Part shown: positions 44,787 to 53,949 of the stretch, piece after piece
Layout of the letters: every line of letters starts with the position of its first letter
Position numbering within the stretch: the stretch's first letter is position 1
Source of the DNA: an uncultured Methanosarcinales archaeon
GTDB lineage: Archaea > Nanobdellota > Nanobdellia > Woesearchaeales > GW2011-AR4
Direction of reading: 5' to 3'
Assembly: GCA_964469645.1 (NCBI GenBank)
Contig: CAYXZV010000001.1
Location: 31,790-95,789, forward strand
Length of the DNA stretch: 64,000 nt
Notes under the pieces: generated by a model
The model's database searches: none
The model's input: only the letters and a program-made list of their open reading frames with translations
What the model was told of the DNA's origin: nothing
Position numbers and translations under genes: made by a program

Positions 44787-45335
44787 ATGAAAAGTCAACT
44801 GGAAAAAGAATTTACAGAACTTCCAAATGACGCTGTAGCTTTGGTTCTTTTACCTAATAAAAATTATGAAGAATTGAATATGGAGATGATTAAAATTCTA
44901 GTTAATCAAAAAAAACTTAGTGGAGCTTATGTAACTATTAACAGGCCATATGGAAACATAGTCAAAATAATGGAGAAGGAGGGAATTGACCCAAAGAAGC
45001 TATTTTTTGTGGATTGCGTTACTGAAAAAGACGAGAAAGAGGACAATTGCACTTTTATCAAGTCTGCAGAAATGTTGGAAGATATGGGAATCTCCTTAGA
45101 ACCTATGTATAGCAATAAATCCTACTCTTTTATCTTTTTTGACTCTATAGATGCATTATCAATATATCATGATACAAATACAGTAATAAGATTCGTACGT
45201 TCATTGATCAATAGACTTAGAGAAAATAATATGGGTGGGATCTTGGTGGGATTGCATGAGGAGACTGATAAGAGGACAGTTGATGAACTGGCAGCTGTTT
45301 GCGACAAGATCATTGATGCGAATGATAATCAATAA
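44787..45335 (+). CDS. KaiC/RecA-fold protein lacking a P-loop (pseudo-ATPase), paralog 1
   Basis: Aligns by eye with the KaiC-like domain. LPNDAVALVLLPNKNYEE replaces IPKGAATLLCGGPGSGKT. FIFFDSIDAL corresponds to VVIDSVTAI. Confidence 0.65.
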   Translation: MKSQLEKEFTELPNDAVALVLLPNKNYEELNMEMIKILVNQKKLSGAYVTINRPYGNIVKIMEKEGIDPKKLFFVDCVTEKDEKEDNCTFIKSAEMLEDMGISLEPMYSNKSYSFIFFDSIDALSIYHDTNTVIRFVRSLINRLRENNMGGILVGLHEETDKRTVDELAAVCDKIIDANDNQ

Positions 45336-45340
45336 GCAAT

Positions 45341-45892
45341 TTACAAATGTATAACCTTATCGCAGAACTGGCTTAATTGTGATGTTAATTTCTGGTCTGA
45401 TTCTTCATGTTGGGATAATATGATTCCATTAAACCCAAAGACCCTCATTTTTCCTGTTACAGAATGCACAAATTTCAATATAGAATCCATGTTATTGTGG
45501 ATTAATAATGATGAGATTGAGTCTATGTAAACAAACCTATTTTTTTCTCCAGTTGATGTAAAATAATCATGTAAGGCAATGCCAAGCTCTGTTAAATGCG
45601 CCGGGCTTTCTACCAAGACGCATTTGTCACCCTTACATATTTCCCCCCCTAGACCTTTTGATATGCAGTCAATAAACTGTATATTGTCTGTACTGATCTC
45701 CTTATTTTTTAATGAGTTCAGAATAGAGCTATAAGGCTTGCTTACAGAGACATATCCACCAGAAGATTTTTTCCTGTTTATAAGAAAGCTTAGCAAGTGC
45801 ATATTTGCCTCTTCATACTTGTCATTTGGCATTACAACGCCTACAATGAAATTCTCAGGCAAATCTTCCAATTCTTTTTCTAATTCTTCCAT
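45341..45892 (-). CDS. KaiC/RecA-fold protein lacking a P-loop (pseudo-ATPase), paralog 2
   Basis: Clear paralog of 44787-45335 (LPENFIVGVVMPNDKYEEANMHLLSFLINRKKSSGGYVSVSKPY vs LPNDAVALVLLPNKNYEELNMEMIKILVNQKKLSGAYVTINRPY). Confidence 0.65.
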   Translation of the reverse strand: MEELEKELEDLPENFIVGVVMPNDKYEEANMHLLSFLINRKKSSGGYVSVSKPYSSILNSLKNKEISTDNIQFIDCISKGLGGEICKGDKCVLVESPAHLTELGIALHDYFTSTGEKNRFVYIDSISSLLIHNNMDSILKFVHSVTGKMRVFGFNGIILSQHEESDQKLTSQLSQFCDKVIHL

Positions 45893-45927
45893 AATAAACC
45901 TTTTATTTTACTCATATATAAATTTTC

Positions 45928-46485
45928 TTATGTACTGTACTCAAACTTTATTATTGGCTTTAGATTCTTTATGTTGTACCATGCCAGGAAAGCCATTATT
46001 GAAGCCATAATGCCTAGGATAAATGCTATCAGGGCAAAATTCCATACAAATGACATAAGCTCTTTTGTGGCTGGAATAAATAAAAGCATAGTGAATGGAA
46101 TTGAAAAATTTGAAAATGCTGCGCCTAGGACAACATCCAAGGGTATGTTCTTGATCTCTTTTTTTAGCAATAGAAAGAATAATTCAAATATGATTGCAGC
46201 TATGAATAAGATAGGTACTTTGTAGAATCCTAACCCTCCAAGATTATTTATTGGGATTGATATTAGTGCTGCGAATAGATAAAACAATGTAACAGCTCCT
46301 AACTTTCTGATTAATAAGGCAGTAAAAGCCATAAACATAGTTGTTATGAACAAAGAAAGGAAAAAAGTGAATTGGTTGTCTGGAATGTTGGTTATCCATG
46401 TAATCAGTGCCCAAATGAAAGCTAATGCAACTATGACCAATAAATCTATTTTTCTGTAGCTCCTAAAGCTTTCCAGATTCATCAT
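45928..46485 (-). CDS. Polytopic membrane protein (5-6 TM)
   Basis: Hydrophobic throughout. Its start abuts the stop of the upstream gene. Confidence 0.65.
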   Translation of the reverse strand: MMNLESFRSYRKIDLLVIVALAFIWALITWITNIPDNQFTFFLSLFITTMFMAFTALLIRKLGAVTLFYLFAALISIPINNLGGLGFYKVPILFIAAIIFELFFLLLKKEIKNIPLDVVLGAAFSNFSIPFTMLLFIPATKELMSFVWNFALIAFILGIMASIMAFLAWYNIKNLKPIIKFEYST

Positions 46486-47526
46486 TCATAACACCCTCTT
46501 TGATTTTAATCTTTTATCCAATAATGTCTCTGTTACAGGCAGTTTTTGCTTTATTTCCACTAACCTTTCCTTGAATTTAGACATCTTTATCTCAAAAGTC
46601 TGTTTTGTAATGTCTCCTTTTGTAAAGTAATCTGACTGCGCTTTTTTCATCAGTTCATCTAAAATATCTTTTTCTACTTTCATATCTTTTATATTGCGCC
46701 TTAAGATTGCTATTCTGATCCTGTTATATAATAAGATTGCAATGACCAATAAAGAGCCAAGCAATAACAATAATGCCATAAGATGCTCTTTTACGAAATC
46801 AACAATGTTCTCTTTTCCTGCACGGTAGATTGTCCTTACTATGGTTGTTTCTGCGCTTAGATCTATCAGTTTAGCATCTACATTGTTTAAAATTTCTTCA
46901 ATGCTTTCAAACCTTTCATTTTCAAATTCGTTAATTGCAGTGGAAAGCATCTCTTCAGCTTCAAATGTATCTACATTTTGTTCCTTGAATTCCAAGATTC
47001 TTATTTCTGATGCTCTTATTAAATCACTAATCTCATAAGTTCTTTGTTTTCTTTCTGATATTGTTTTTGTTATTTCCAAAACTTTTTTGTAATTAACATC
47101 AACACCGATTTTTTCCTGGGCCGCAAGCAACAGACTTTTTGCATTTTCCCTCTTTTCTGTATCATTTATTCTTTCTATATCTTCCAATAAAGCGGTATAA
47201 TCCTCACCTTCGAAATATTTTTTAGTTTCTATTAAAGTGTCATTGAACCAACTGATTCCGAAGCCAGCTTCTTTTATTTCTACCATATCTGCTTCTGCTT
47301 GTAAGATTGCACTCAAAGCCTGTTCTTGAGTTATAACTTCTTCCGGTGTTTCATTAGTTGTTGCAGACAACTCTTCATTATCTTCAGCATCAAGAACTAC
47401 ATTACCGGTTATATTACCTGCACTATTGAAACCAACAAATACTAATAAAAATGTGCAGGCAACTAGAGTAATGAAGCTAACTCCGTACATTGATTTCTCT
47501 TCTTCTGTTAAATTATTTTCTTTCAT
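46486..47526 (-). CDS. Bitopic protein: helical ectodomain, TM, cytoplasmic SHOCT-like motif; paralog of the giant protein's C-terminal module
   Basis: N-terminal TM, helical Glu-rich ectodomain, second TM (LMALLLLLGSLLVIAILLY), then KDILDELMKKAQSDYFTKGDITKQTFEIKMSKFKERL. Collinear with residues around the TM of the 1746-aa protein. The start is uncertain (47526 or 47490). Confidence 0.7.
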   Translation of the reverse strand: MKENNLTEEEKSMYGVSFITLVACTFLLVFVGFNSAGNITGNVVLDAEDNEELSATTNETPEEVITQEQALSAILQAEADMVEIKEAGFGISWFNDTLIETKKYFEGEDYTALLEDIERINDTEKRENAKSLLLAAQEKIGVDVNYKKVLEITKTISERKQRTYEISDLIRASEIRILEFKEQNVDTFEAEEMLSTAINEFENERFESIEEILNNVDAKLIDLSAETTIVRTIYRAGKENIVDFVKEHLMALLLLLGSLLVIAILLYNRIRIAILRRNIKDMKVEKDILDELMKKAQSDYFTKGDITKQTFEIKMSKFKERLVEIKQKLPVTETLLDKRLKSKRVL

Positions 47527-48325
47527 TCTCCATGAGCAATCTATTGATGTTATCTTTTGCAATATCTTTCTTAAACATTGATTTTACTCTGGACCATAGT
47601 CTTGGATCTTTGTAGTTCTCTCCAATAAGAGCAGCTGCCAATTTTTTATATCCTATAGCTGCATTAGCTTTTGGCTTGTGAAGTGCTACTGGGTTTGTTG
47701 CTGTAACTGACTCCAAGACACTGATGTCTTCCGGAAGAACACTGACTACTGGAACACCAGCAGCTTCTTCTATATCCTCAATGCTCAACTCAAACTTTTT
47801 GTTTCTGACACGGTTTAAGATCAATCCAGTTATCGGCGTTTTTTTCTGCTTTGCTAATCTCACTGCACGCAAAGTAGTACTTAGCGTAGGGTAATCAGGG
47901 CTTGTCACTACAAGCAATTCATCAGAAGCTATCATTGTTGATAGTATCTCTTCGTTCAGATTTGGGCTGGAATCTATTAAGATCATATCATAGTGGTCTT
48001 TTAGATAGCCGATCTTGTGCTTTAATTTGAACGGATTTACTTTTCTTGATATATACGCTCCTGGAATGAAATGGAATCCAGATTCATGTTCATATATTGC
48101 GTCGTTCACATCCGCTTTGCCCAGCAGTATATCATGTATTGTCGCTCCCGGCTCTACTAAACCCAGATGCAGGCCTAAATTTGGCGCTGTAAAGTTCGCA
48201 TCTATAATTAAAGTTTTTTTGCCGAATTCGGATGCCAGCGCTGCGCCTAGATTTGCAACCGAGCTGGTTTTACCTACTCCACCTTTCAAACTTATTACTC
48301 CAATAATTTTTCCATTTTTACTCAT
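47513..48325 (-). CDS. MinD/ParA-family P-loop ATPase
   Basis: Deviant Walker A ISLKGGVGKTSS. IIDANFTAPN. DMILIDSSP Walker B. The start overlaps the upstream stop by 8 nt. Confidence 0.85.
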   Translation of the reverse strand: MSKNGKIIGVISLKGGVGKTSSVANLGAALASEFGKKTLIIDANFTAPNLGLHLGLVEPGATIHDILLGKADVNDAIYEHESGFHFIPGAYISRKVNPFKLKHKIGYLKDHYDMILIDSSPNLNEEILSTMIASDELLVVTSPDYPTLSTTLRAVRLAKQKKTPITGLILNRVRNKKFELSIEDIEEAAGVPVVSVLPEDISVLESVTATNPVALHKPKANAAIGYKKLAAALIGENYKDPRLWSRVKSMFKKDIAKDNINRLLMENERK

Positions 48326-51300
48326 TTTTGTACACCTCCTTAAAGTGTCTTATAATTCTATGTTTAGTGTGAGTTCTTGCTTTTGGCATAACATAAGTCG
48401 GCTCTGGTTTTTTGTGTTCTGCTACCTTAAAGCCATGCTTTTTCAAAGACTTTGCATCATCTGAATATTGTTTTACACGCGCTTTTGGCTTTATTTTATC
48501 CAATTCAAATCTATTTTTTATTTTAGAAATTATTTCCTTCCTCTTTTCTCCTGATTTATTGATTGATTTTTTACTTATCTTTACTTTGGGCATCTTGATC
48601 AAATTTTTCAAGGAGAATTTCTTCTTTATTTGATCTATTTTTTCAGTTGCTTTTTCTTTTCCCTGGAACAATTCTTTTATTGCGAGTTTGTTCTTTAGCG
48701 TTTGGATGCTTTCTTTTGATTTAGGAGGTATTGATTTAGGCTTGTCTTTCCTTTTTATCAAATCATCAAGCAGCTCATGGACACTTTCAGAATGGCCATC
48801 TTTTTCAGGCGCTGCTTTGGCAGAAATATGTTTACCTCTGCTAAACAACTTCTTAAGATTTAATTTACCAGTTAATTTCGGAATGAAAGCTAGGTTTTTC
48901 TTAATGCCAATGAATTTACTTTTAGGCATAATTGGAGGCAGCTTTCCAAATTTCCTGTCTTTCTTCTTGATTCTTGAGATTATCTCTTTTTTTGTGGCTT
49001 CTTTTGCTTCCAGATCTTCCAGTTTTTCTTTTTTGGCAAGCTTTGCTTCCATGACGGCTATGGATTTTTCAATTTCAATTGTGCGTGTTTTGTATTCTTT
49101 TATTCTTTTAAGGTAGGTTTTTCTTGGCACTGCCTGTTTGTTATAGTAACTGTCCTGCAATTGCTTAATCAAATTAGCAACATTTTCACTTTCTTTTTCC
49201 AGGTTCTTTATTTCATTGGAAATTTGTATTATTCCGACTCTTTTGGACCTTAGTCTGGAGACTGTTTGTGAAGCCTCACTCAACCTTTTCTCGTAACCAT
49301 ACATTGCCTTATGATACTCTGTTGTGTTGATTTTTTTGTCTTTGTAGTACTTGTTTTGGGTTTCCTGCATAAGTTCGTTAATGGTTGTTTCCTCCTTCTG
49401 CAGGTCCTCAAGCCTCCTTGAGATTACTATCAAAGCCAATTTTTTACGTGCAGTATAGCCAGCAATTGATAGTAAAATAAAGACAATTAAAAGAGGCCAC
49501 CAGTAATCGATCACGAACTTCAGTATGTTGAATTTACCTTTAGTTTCTATTACAATGGAAAGCTCTGCGTCTTTTGCGCGCTGTATAGCAGCTGAGAAAT
49601 CCTCTCTTTCAAATGCAGCCAGAGCAAGATTAAGTAGCTTTTTGGTTTCTTCTACTAACAGACCTATATCTTCTGATTTTCGTATTTTTGTCTTAATTTC
49701 ATAAATCAGGAAATCTGCTGAGAAAGCATTTTCTCCTATATTTTTGATTTGGTCAATAAGATTCTTTGCAGGAAGGTATTTTCTGTTATCTATGTTTTGC
49801 TCTGCTTCTTCCAGTAGTTTCAATGCTTTTGTTACTGGTATTCCTGAACTTTGCAGATTTGCTATAACACCCTCTGCATCTATTAGAGCATTAGTTACAT
49901 CGTCTTTGCTTGTTTCGTGGACTATCAGCGAAATGAAATTTTTGAGGCTATAAAGTGTTTTTGTTGTTATTGTGACATTTTCCGATTGCTCTGTCTTAAC
50001 TATCATCCCAGTAACAAGGGCCTGTAAAGTGTATTCTTCATAGCTCTTGTAAGTTGGTGCAGCTACATTTACAGTGAATGATTTGGTTTGCTGGAAGCCT
50101 AGATTGCTGATTACTGGTGGATTTACTGAAAGATATTGTGACAAGAACCCTGTTACTTTTAATGTAAGATTATTCATAACAGAATCATTGAATGTATTTG
50201 TTACATTTATTGTAAAGATATTTTCGCTGCCCCTGACTAAATCAACATTCTGCGATATCTCTATCTTTTCGGGCTCTACCGGAACTCTGACTATGCTGCC
50301 TCCTCCACCGCCACCGCCACTTCCACCTCCTCCACCGCCACCGCTACTGGTAGTAGTGGTTGTGGTTGTTGTGCTAGTAGAAGTTTCGGTAACTACAATT
50401 GAAGCAGTTGCACTATCACTAGCGCTATTATTTGAGGCTGCTGTGACATTTACTTTTTGTGTTCCTGTCGAAGCACTAGATGTAAGGTTTACAGTTATGT
50501 TATGGTAGACCGTTTCGCTAGTTGTAACATTCGTGAAATTTTTGGTTAAATTGGTGCCAGATATATTAAGCCAATTAGCTGGTAATGTCCAATTTATGAA
50601 AGTTACGCCAGCAGTTTCATTGCCTATATTCTTTAATGAAGCGTTTAAGTGATGCACTCCAGGATCACTCTTGTTTGCTTCTGTTGGAGGATTTATTATA
50701 TTAACTTCAAATAGAGGGCCTCCTGCAGACTCTGTGAATGTAAAATTGGTTGTTTCTGAATCCGGATCTGCATTAGAAGTTGTTGCGTCTATAGTTATGA
50801 TAACACTATTTTCAGATGCTGATGTGCCTGCAGTTAAACTTACATTTACAACTTTAACTTCTTTGGCAACTAAATCAAATGGCTCTGTTATATTATAAGA
50901 AGTATCTCCAAAATTAGAGCTTAAGTCGAAGTTTAATGTGAAGTCTCCAGTATTGTTTATTGTTAAATTTCCAGCTTCACATGTCGTGGAGAAGCCACAA
51001 GCTAAATTAGTAAATGTTCCTGGTTGCCTTTTCCAGGTACGATCGTTTTCTACAGAAATATTTTGAGTAAGCGAACTGTCATTGTTTCCTGCATGGTCAA
51101 GAGTATATATCCTATAACTCCAAGTATCAGCAATGTCTGGGGTGAAGGATGCATTGTAGAGGCCTGAACCTACGTTATATTGCATAGTTGAATTTGTGAA
51201 TGCTCCTGCCCCTGACTGCTTGTATTGTAGAATAGCTGTTTTTATTGCAGACACGTTATCTGTTACATTTACTGTAAAGTTAAGCAGCACATCCTGGTCA

Positions 51301-53558
51301 ACGTCATCTGTAGTGTTTGGGAAAAAACTTATTTTTTTAATTATTGGAGCGGTTAAATCTACGCTAAAGTTCCTTTGCTGGCTGCTATTCGAGTTTCCTG
51401 CCGGGTCCAAACAGGTTATATTCCAATTATGCCATCCTTCATTGAAGTTTTCAATGGTAAACGAAGTATTTGTTCCATTTTGTGTAGCTTCATTTGTAGA
51501 ATTTAATATTGCATCAACATTAATTGAACAATTTATGTCTATGGTGCTTATTTTATCTGTTACGTTGAAACTAAATGTAACATTCTGAGAGCTGAAATTA
51601 AACGTATCTATTGGAGTAATCAGGCTTATGTTTGGCTTTATGGTATCAATAGTGAAATTGACAGTTACATTAGCGCTGTAAGAAGTTGCAGTCACATTAT
51701 CAAATATAGTCACATTTAAAATATAAACTCCATCAGAAGCGTTAAATGTTGTGTTTAGTTCTGTTTGAGTTTGATTTAATACACTGTCGATATAATAAGT
51801 TATATTAATTACATCTCCATCGATATCAGCAGTATAGGTTATATTTAAATCTAAAGGCTGTAGATTTGTCTTGAAGTCATTAGTTGGATAAACTATGGTT
51901 GGTGTTGGAATTAAGTTTGCAACTTCTATCAACTGTCCAATAACTTCAGCACCGCCATCACTTCTATTTACGCTTTGGTTTATATTTCCACCAGGAGTAT
52001 CTATATCTGTATCATTTACAATAACTGTAAAGTTAATTACATTTCCTCTTCCCAAATCAATCGTCCAATTTTGAGAACATTGATCCTCTGTGTTAACAAC
52101 TGATTTATTTAAGATTATAAAGCTCCCATCAGAAGTTCCGTTCATGAAAAATCTGCAGGTATCTAAACCGATATTATCAGTTACGTTTGCCGTTAAATTT
52201 ACAATATCATTTAAAAGAGGAACTGAATTATTAAGGGAAGCATTAATTCTTGGTGTTCTATTGTCTACATTTTTCCTGCTATAAGCGACATCACCTCTCC
52301 ATAAGTCATCACCACGGGAAACTCCGTTATTTGATAGCTCTCCAAGACTAGACAATGAACTACCATCCCATAAAAACAAGTTTGCATCGTTTCCGGCATC
52401 CACATCCAAAGCAAGAATTTCATCTGAGCTTGAGTCGTTTTTTGAAACCATTCTAATAAGGGCATTATGATGATTATCTCCTGTATCAGGCCCGTTATTA
52501 GTTCCATCAATGGTTCCAGATGTATAGGTTTGGTAGTCTGGAGTATCTTCATTATTTTCATCCCCATACAAGAATAACCCTTCCAGAGAATTATGCTCAA
52601 AAGCAACTCCAATTGGATAACTGGTTAAATCAAGAATATCCCCACCAACTTCTCCTTCATCCTCCCACGCAGTACCACTCCACGAGAAAAAATTTGTGTC
52701 TCCATCATGATCAGCAATTATTAATAAAATTTCGTCGCTTCCAGGATTAGATGCAAGATCAATTTGGTTTGAATCATCACCCACTCCACCTTGTGTTAAT
52801 TGATCACTCCATGAACCAGTCCATGTTTGATAGTAAAGGGTACCAGCATCATTATCTGAACCTAATGCTATGGCTTCTCCTGATGTTGATTCAAATGCAC
52901 AGCCAATAGACACATGACCAACATTGTCTTGGTAATTGCCATCAGTATGTATCTCATCTGCAGTTCCCCATGTATCGCCATCCCAAACAACACCGTGTGA
53001 ATCCGCATCTGAACCTTCAACCACTAAAATTATCTCATCCTCTGTTGGGTCAGAGCAAAGCTCTACAATTTTTACAACAGCTCCAATGTCTTGACCAGTG
53101 CTTTCTTCACCACTCCAAGATAAATTTGTTTGGTTCCAAATTCGGTATTTGGGAATATTGGTTCCATCTCCGAAAACAACTAACCCATCTCCAGATTGAG
53201 ATTCAAAGATTACATCCATACCTTTAGAAAGAACATCTCCATCGGTCTCAATTTCAAGTAAGTCACTCCAATTTTTTGAATTTGCGTCCCAAGTCTGGAC
53301 ATTGACGTCACTATCAGCATCTAAAGTTGCCATAATTACTGTTGTAAGGTTAGGACTTGTGGCTAGCTCAACCCAATGTGCTACTGCCCCGATATCCAAC
53401 GCATTTATCTCAGATGAAACTGTTCCATTATATGTTACATATTTTGGATTATTTGAACTTTCTATGTAAACGGCCAAATATTGGTCAATATAGGCAAGGG
53501 TGGTAGTACTAGCTAACAAAATCATTAATACTAGTCCTAATAATAATTTATTATTCAT
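48318..53558 (-). CDS. Giant surface protein: signal, about 7 propeller-like repeats, sequon-rich Ig-like repeats, Thr/Gly linker, helical stalk, TM, about 480-aa Lys-rich cytoplasmic tail
   Basis: Start moved to MNNKLLLGLVLMILLASTTTLA (ATGA overlap with the wHTH gene). Repeats of type IGAVxxxVELxSxP...DxDxxxxxWDGxxW. Very dense N-x-S/T sequons. TTTTTTTTSSGGGGGGGSGGGGGGGS linker. TM YWWPLLIVFILLSIAGY. Coiled-coil K-rich tail. Confidence 0.85.
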   Translation of the reverse strand: MNNKLLLGLVLMILLASTTTLAYIDQYLAVYIESSNNPKYVTYNGTVSSEINALDIGAVAHWVELATSPNLTTVIMATLDADSDVNVQTWDANSKNWSDLLEIETDGDVLSKGMDVIFESQSGDGLVVFGDGTNIPKYRIWNQTNLSWSGEESTGQDIGAVVKIVELCSDPTEDEIILVVEGSDADSHGVVWDGDTWGTADEIHTDGNYQDNVGHVSIGCAFESTSGEAIALGSDNDAGTLYYQTWTGSWSDQLTQGGVGDDSNQIDLASNPGSDEILLIIADHDGDTNFFSWSGTAWEDEGEVGGDILDLTSYPIGVAFEHNSLEGLFLYGDENNEDTPDYQTYTSGTIDGTNNGPDTGDNHHNALIRMVSKNDSSSDEILALDVDAGNDANLFLWDGSSLSSLGELSNNGVSRGDDLWRGDVAYSRKNVDNRTPRINASLNNSVPLLNDIVNLTANVTDNIGLDTCRFFMNGTSDGSFIILNKSVVNTEDQCSQNWTIDLGRGNVINFTVIVNDTDIDTPGGNINQSVNRSDGGAEVIGQLIEVANLIPTPTIVYPTNDFKTNLQPLDLNITYTADIDGDVINITYYIDSVLNQTQTELNTTFNASDGVYILNVTIFDNVTATSYSANVTVNFTIDTIKPNISLITPIDTFNFSSQNVTFSFNVTDKISTIDINCSINVDAILNSTNEATQNGTNTSFTIENFNEGWHNWNITCLDPAGNSNSSQQRNFSVDLTAPIIKKISFFPNTTDDVDQDVLLNFTVNVTDNVSAIKTAILQYKQSGAGAFTNSTMQYNVGSGLYNASFTPDIADTWSYRIYTLDHAGNNDSSLTQNISVENDRTWKRQPGTFTNLACGFSTTCEAGNLTINNTGDFTLNFDLSSNFGDTSYNITEPFDLVAKEVKVVNVSLTAGTSASENSVIITIDATTSNADPDSETTNFTFTESAGGPLFEVNIINPPTEANKSDPGVHHLNASLKNIGNETAGVTFINWTLPANWLNISGTNLTKNFTNVTTSETVYHNITVNLTSSASTGTQKVNVTAASNNSASDSATASIVVTETSTSTTTTTTTTSSGGGGGGGSGGGGGGGSIVRVPVEPEKIEISQNVDLVRGSENIFTINVTNTFNDSVMNNLTLKVTGFLSQYLSVNPPVISNLGFQQTKSFTVNVAAPTYKSYEEYTLQALVTGMIVKTEQSENVTITTKTLYSLKNFISLIVHETSKDDVTNALIDAEGVIANLQSSGIPVTKALKLLEEAEQNIDNRKYLPAKNLIDQIKNIGENAFSADFLIYEIKTKIRKSEDIGLLVEETKKLLNLALAAFEREDFSAAIQRAKDAELSIVIETKGKFNILKFVIDYWWPLLIVFILLSIAGYTARKKLALIVISRRLEDLQKEETTINELMQETQNKYYKDKKINTTEYHKAMYGYEKRLSEASQTVSRLRSKRVGIIQISNEIKNLEKESENVANLIKQLQDSYYNKQAVPRKTYLKRIKEYKTRTIEIEKSIAVMEAKLAKKEKLEDLEAKEATKKEIISRIKKKDRKFGKLPPIMPKSKFIGIKKNLAFIPKLTGKLNLKKLFSRGKHISAKAAPEKDGHSESVHELLDDLIKRKDKPKSIPPKSKESIQTLKNKLAIKELFQGKEKATEKIDQIKKKFSLKNLIKMPKVKISKKSINKSGEKRKEIISKIKNRFELDKIKPKARVKQYSDDAKSLKKHGFKVAEHKKPEPTYVMPKARTHTKHRIIRHFKEVYKNE

Positions 53559-53776
53559 CTCTTCATCTCCCAAACATTTAGATTGCTGATCCTGTATCCG
53601 TTTATTTTGCCAGCAAGTTGTAATCTGAAACAATGACCTTGAACAGAATGCCATGCTCTTTTGATTTTCAGAGCAATATCTCTTGTAGAAATTGGCTTTG
53701 AAGAATCTTGAAGAACTCTAAGTATGTCTGACTCTATTTTTTTGCCTAATTTAGCTTTTCTGGTTTGTGTTGCCAT
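53555..53776 (-). CDS. Small winged-helix DNA-binding protein
   Basis: 73 aa. ESDILRVLQDSSKPISTRDIALKIKRAWHSVQGHCFRLQLAGKI fits a wHTH. A TATA-like TTTATAAATA lies upstream on the minus strand at about 53808-53820. Confidence 0.65.
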   Translation of the reverse strand: MATQTRKAKLGKKIESDILRVLQDSSKPISTRDIALKIKRAWHSVQGHCFRLQLAGKINGYRISNLNVWEMKR

Positions 53777-53949
53777 ACTCCTCTTTTTGAGTATTAATTG
53801 AATTCCCTATTTATAAAGCTTTCGATTCGTATTAACATTCTCATTAATATTAGTGCTAACATTCGCACTTAGGAATATCATGGAAAATTGCACCAAAAGA
53901 TTTAAATAGGAGTTTTGGCAGAGTAGTATAAAACAAAAAGAGGGTAAAA

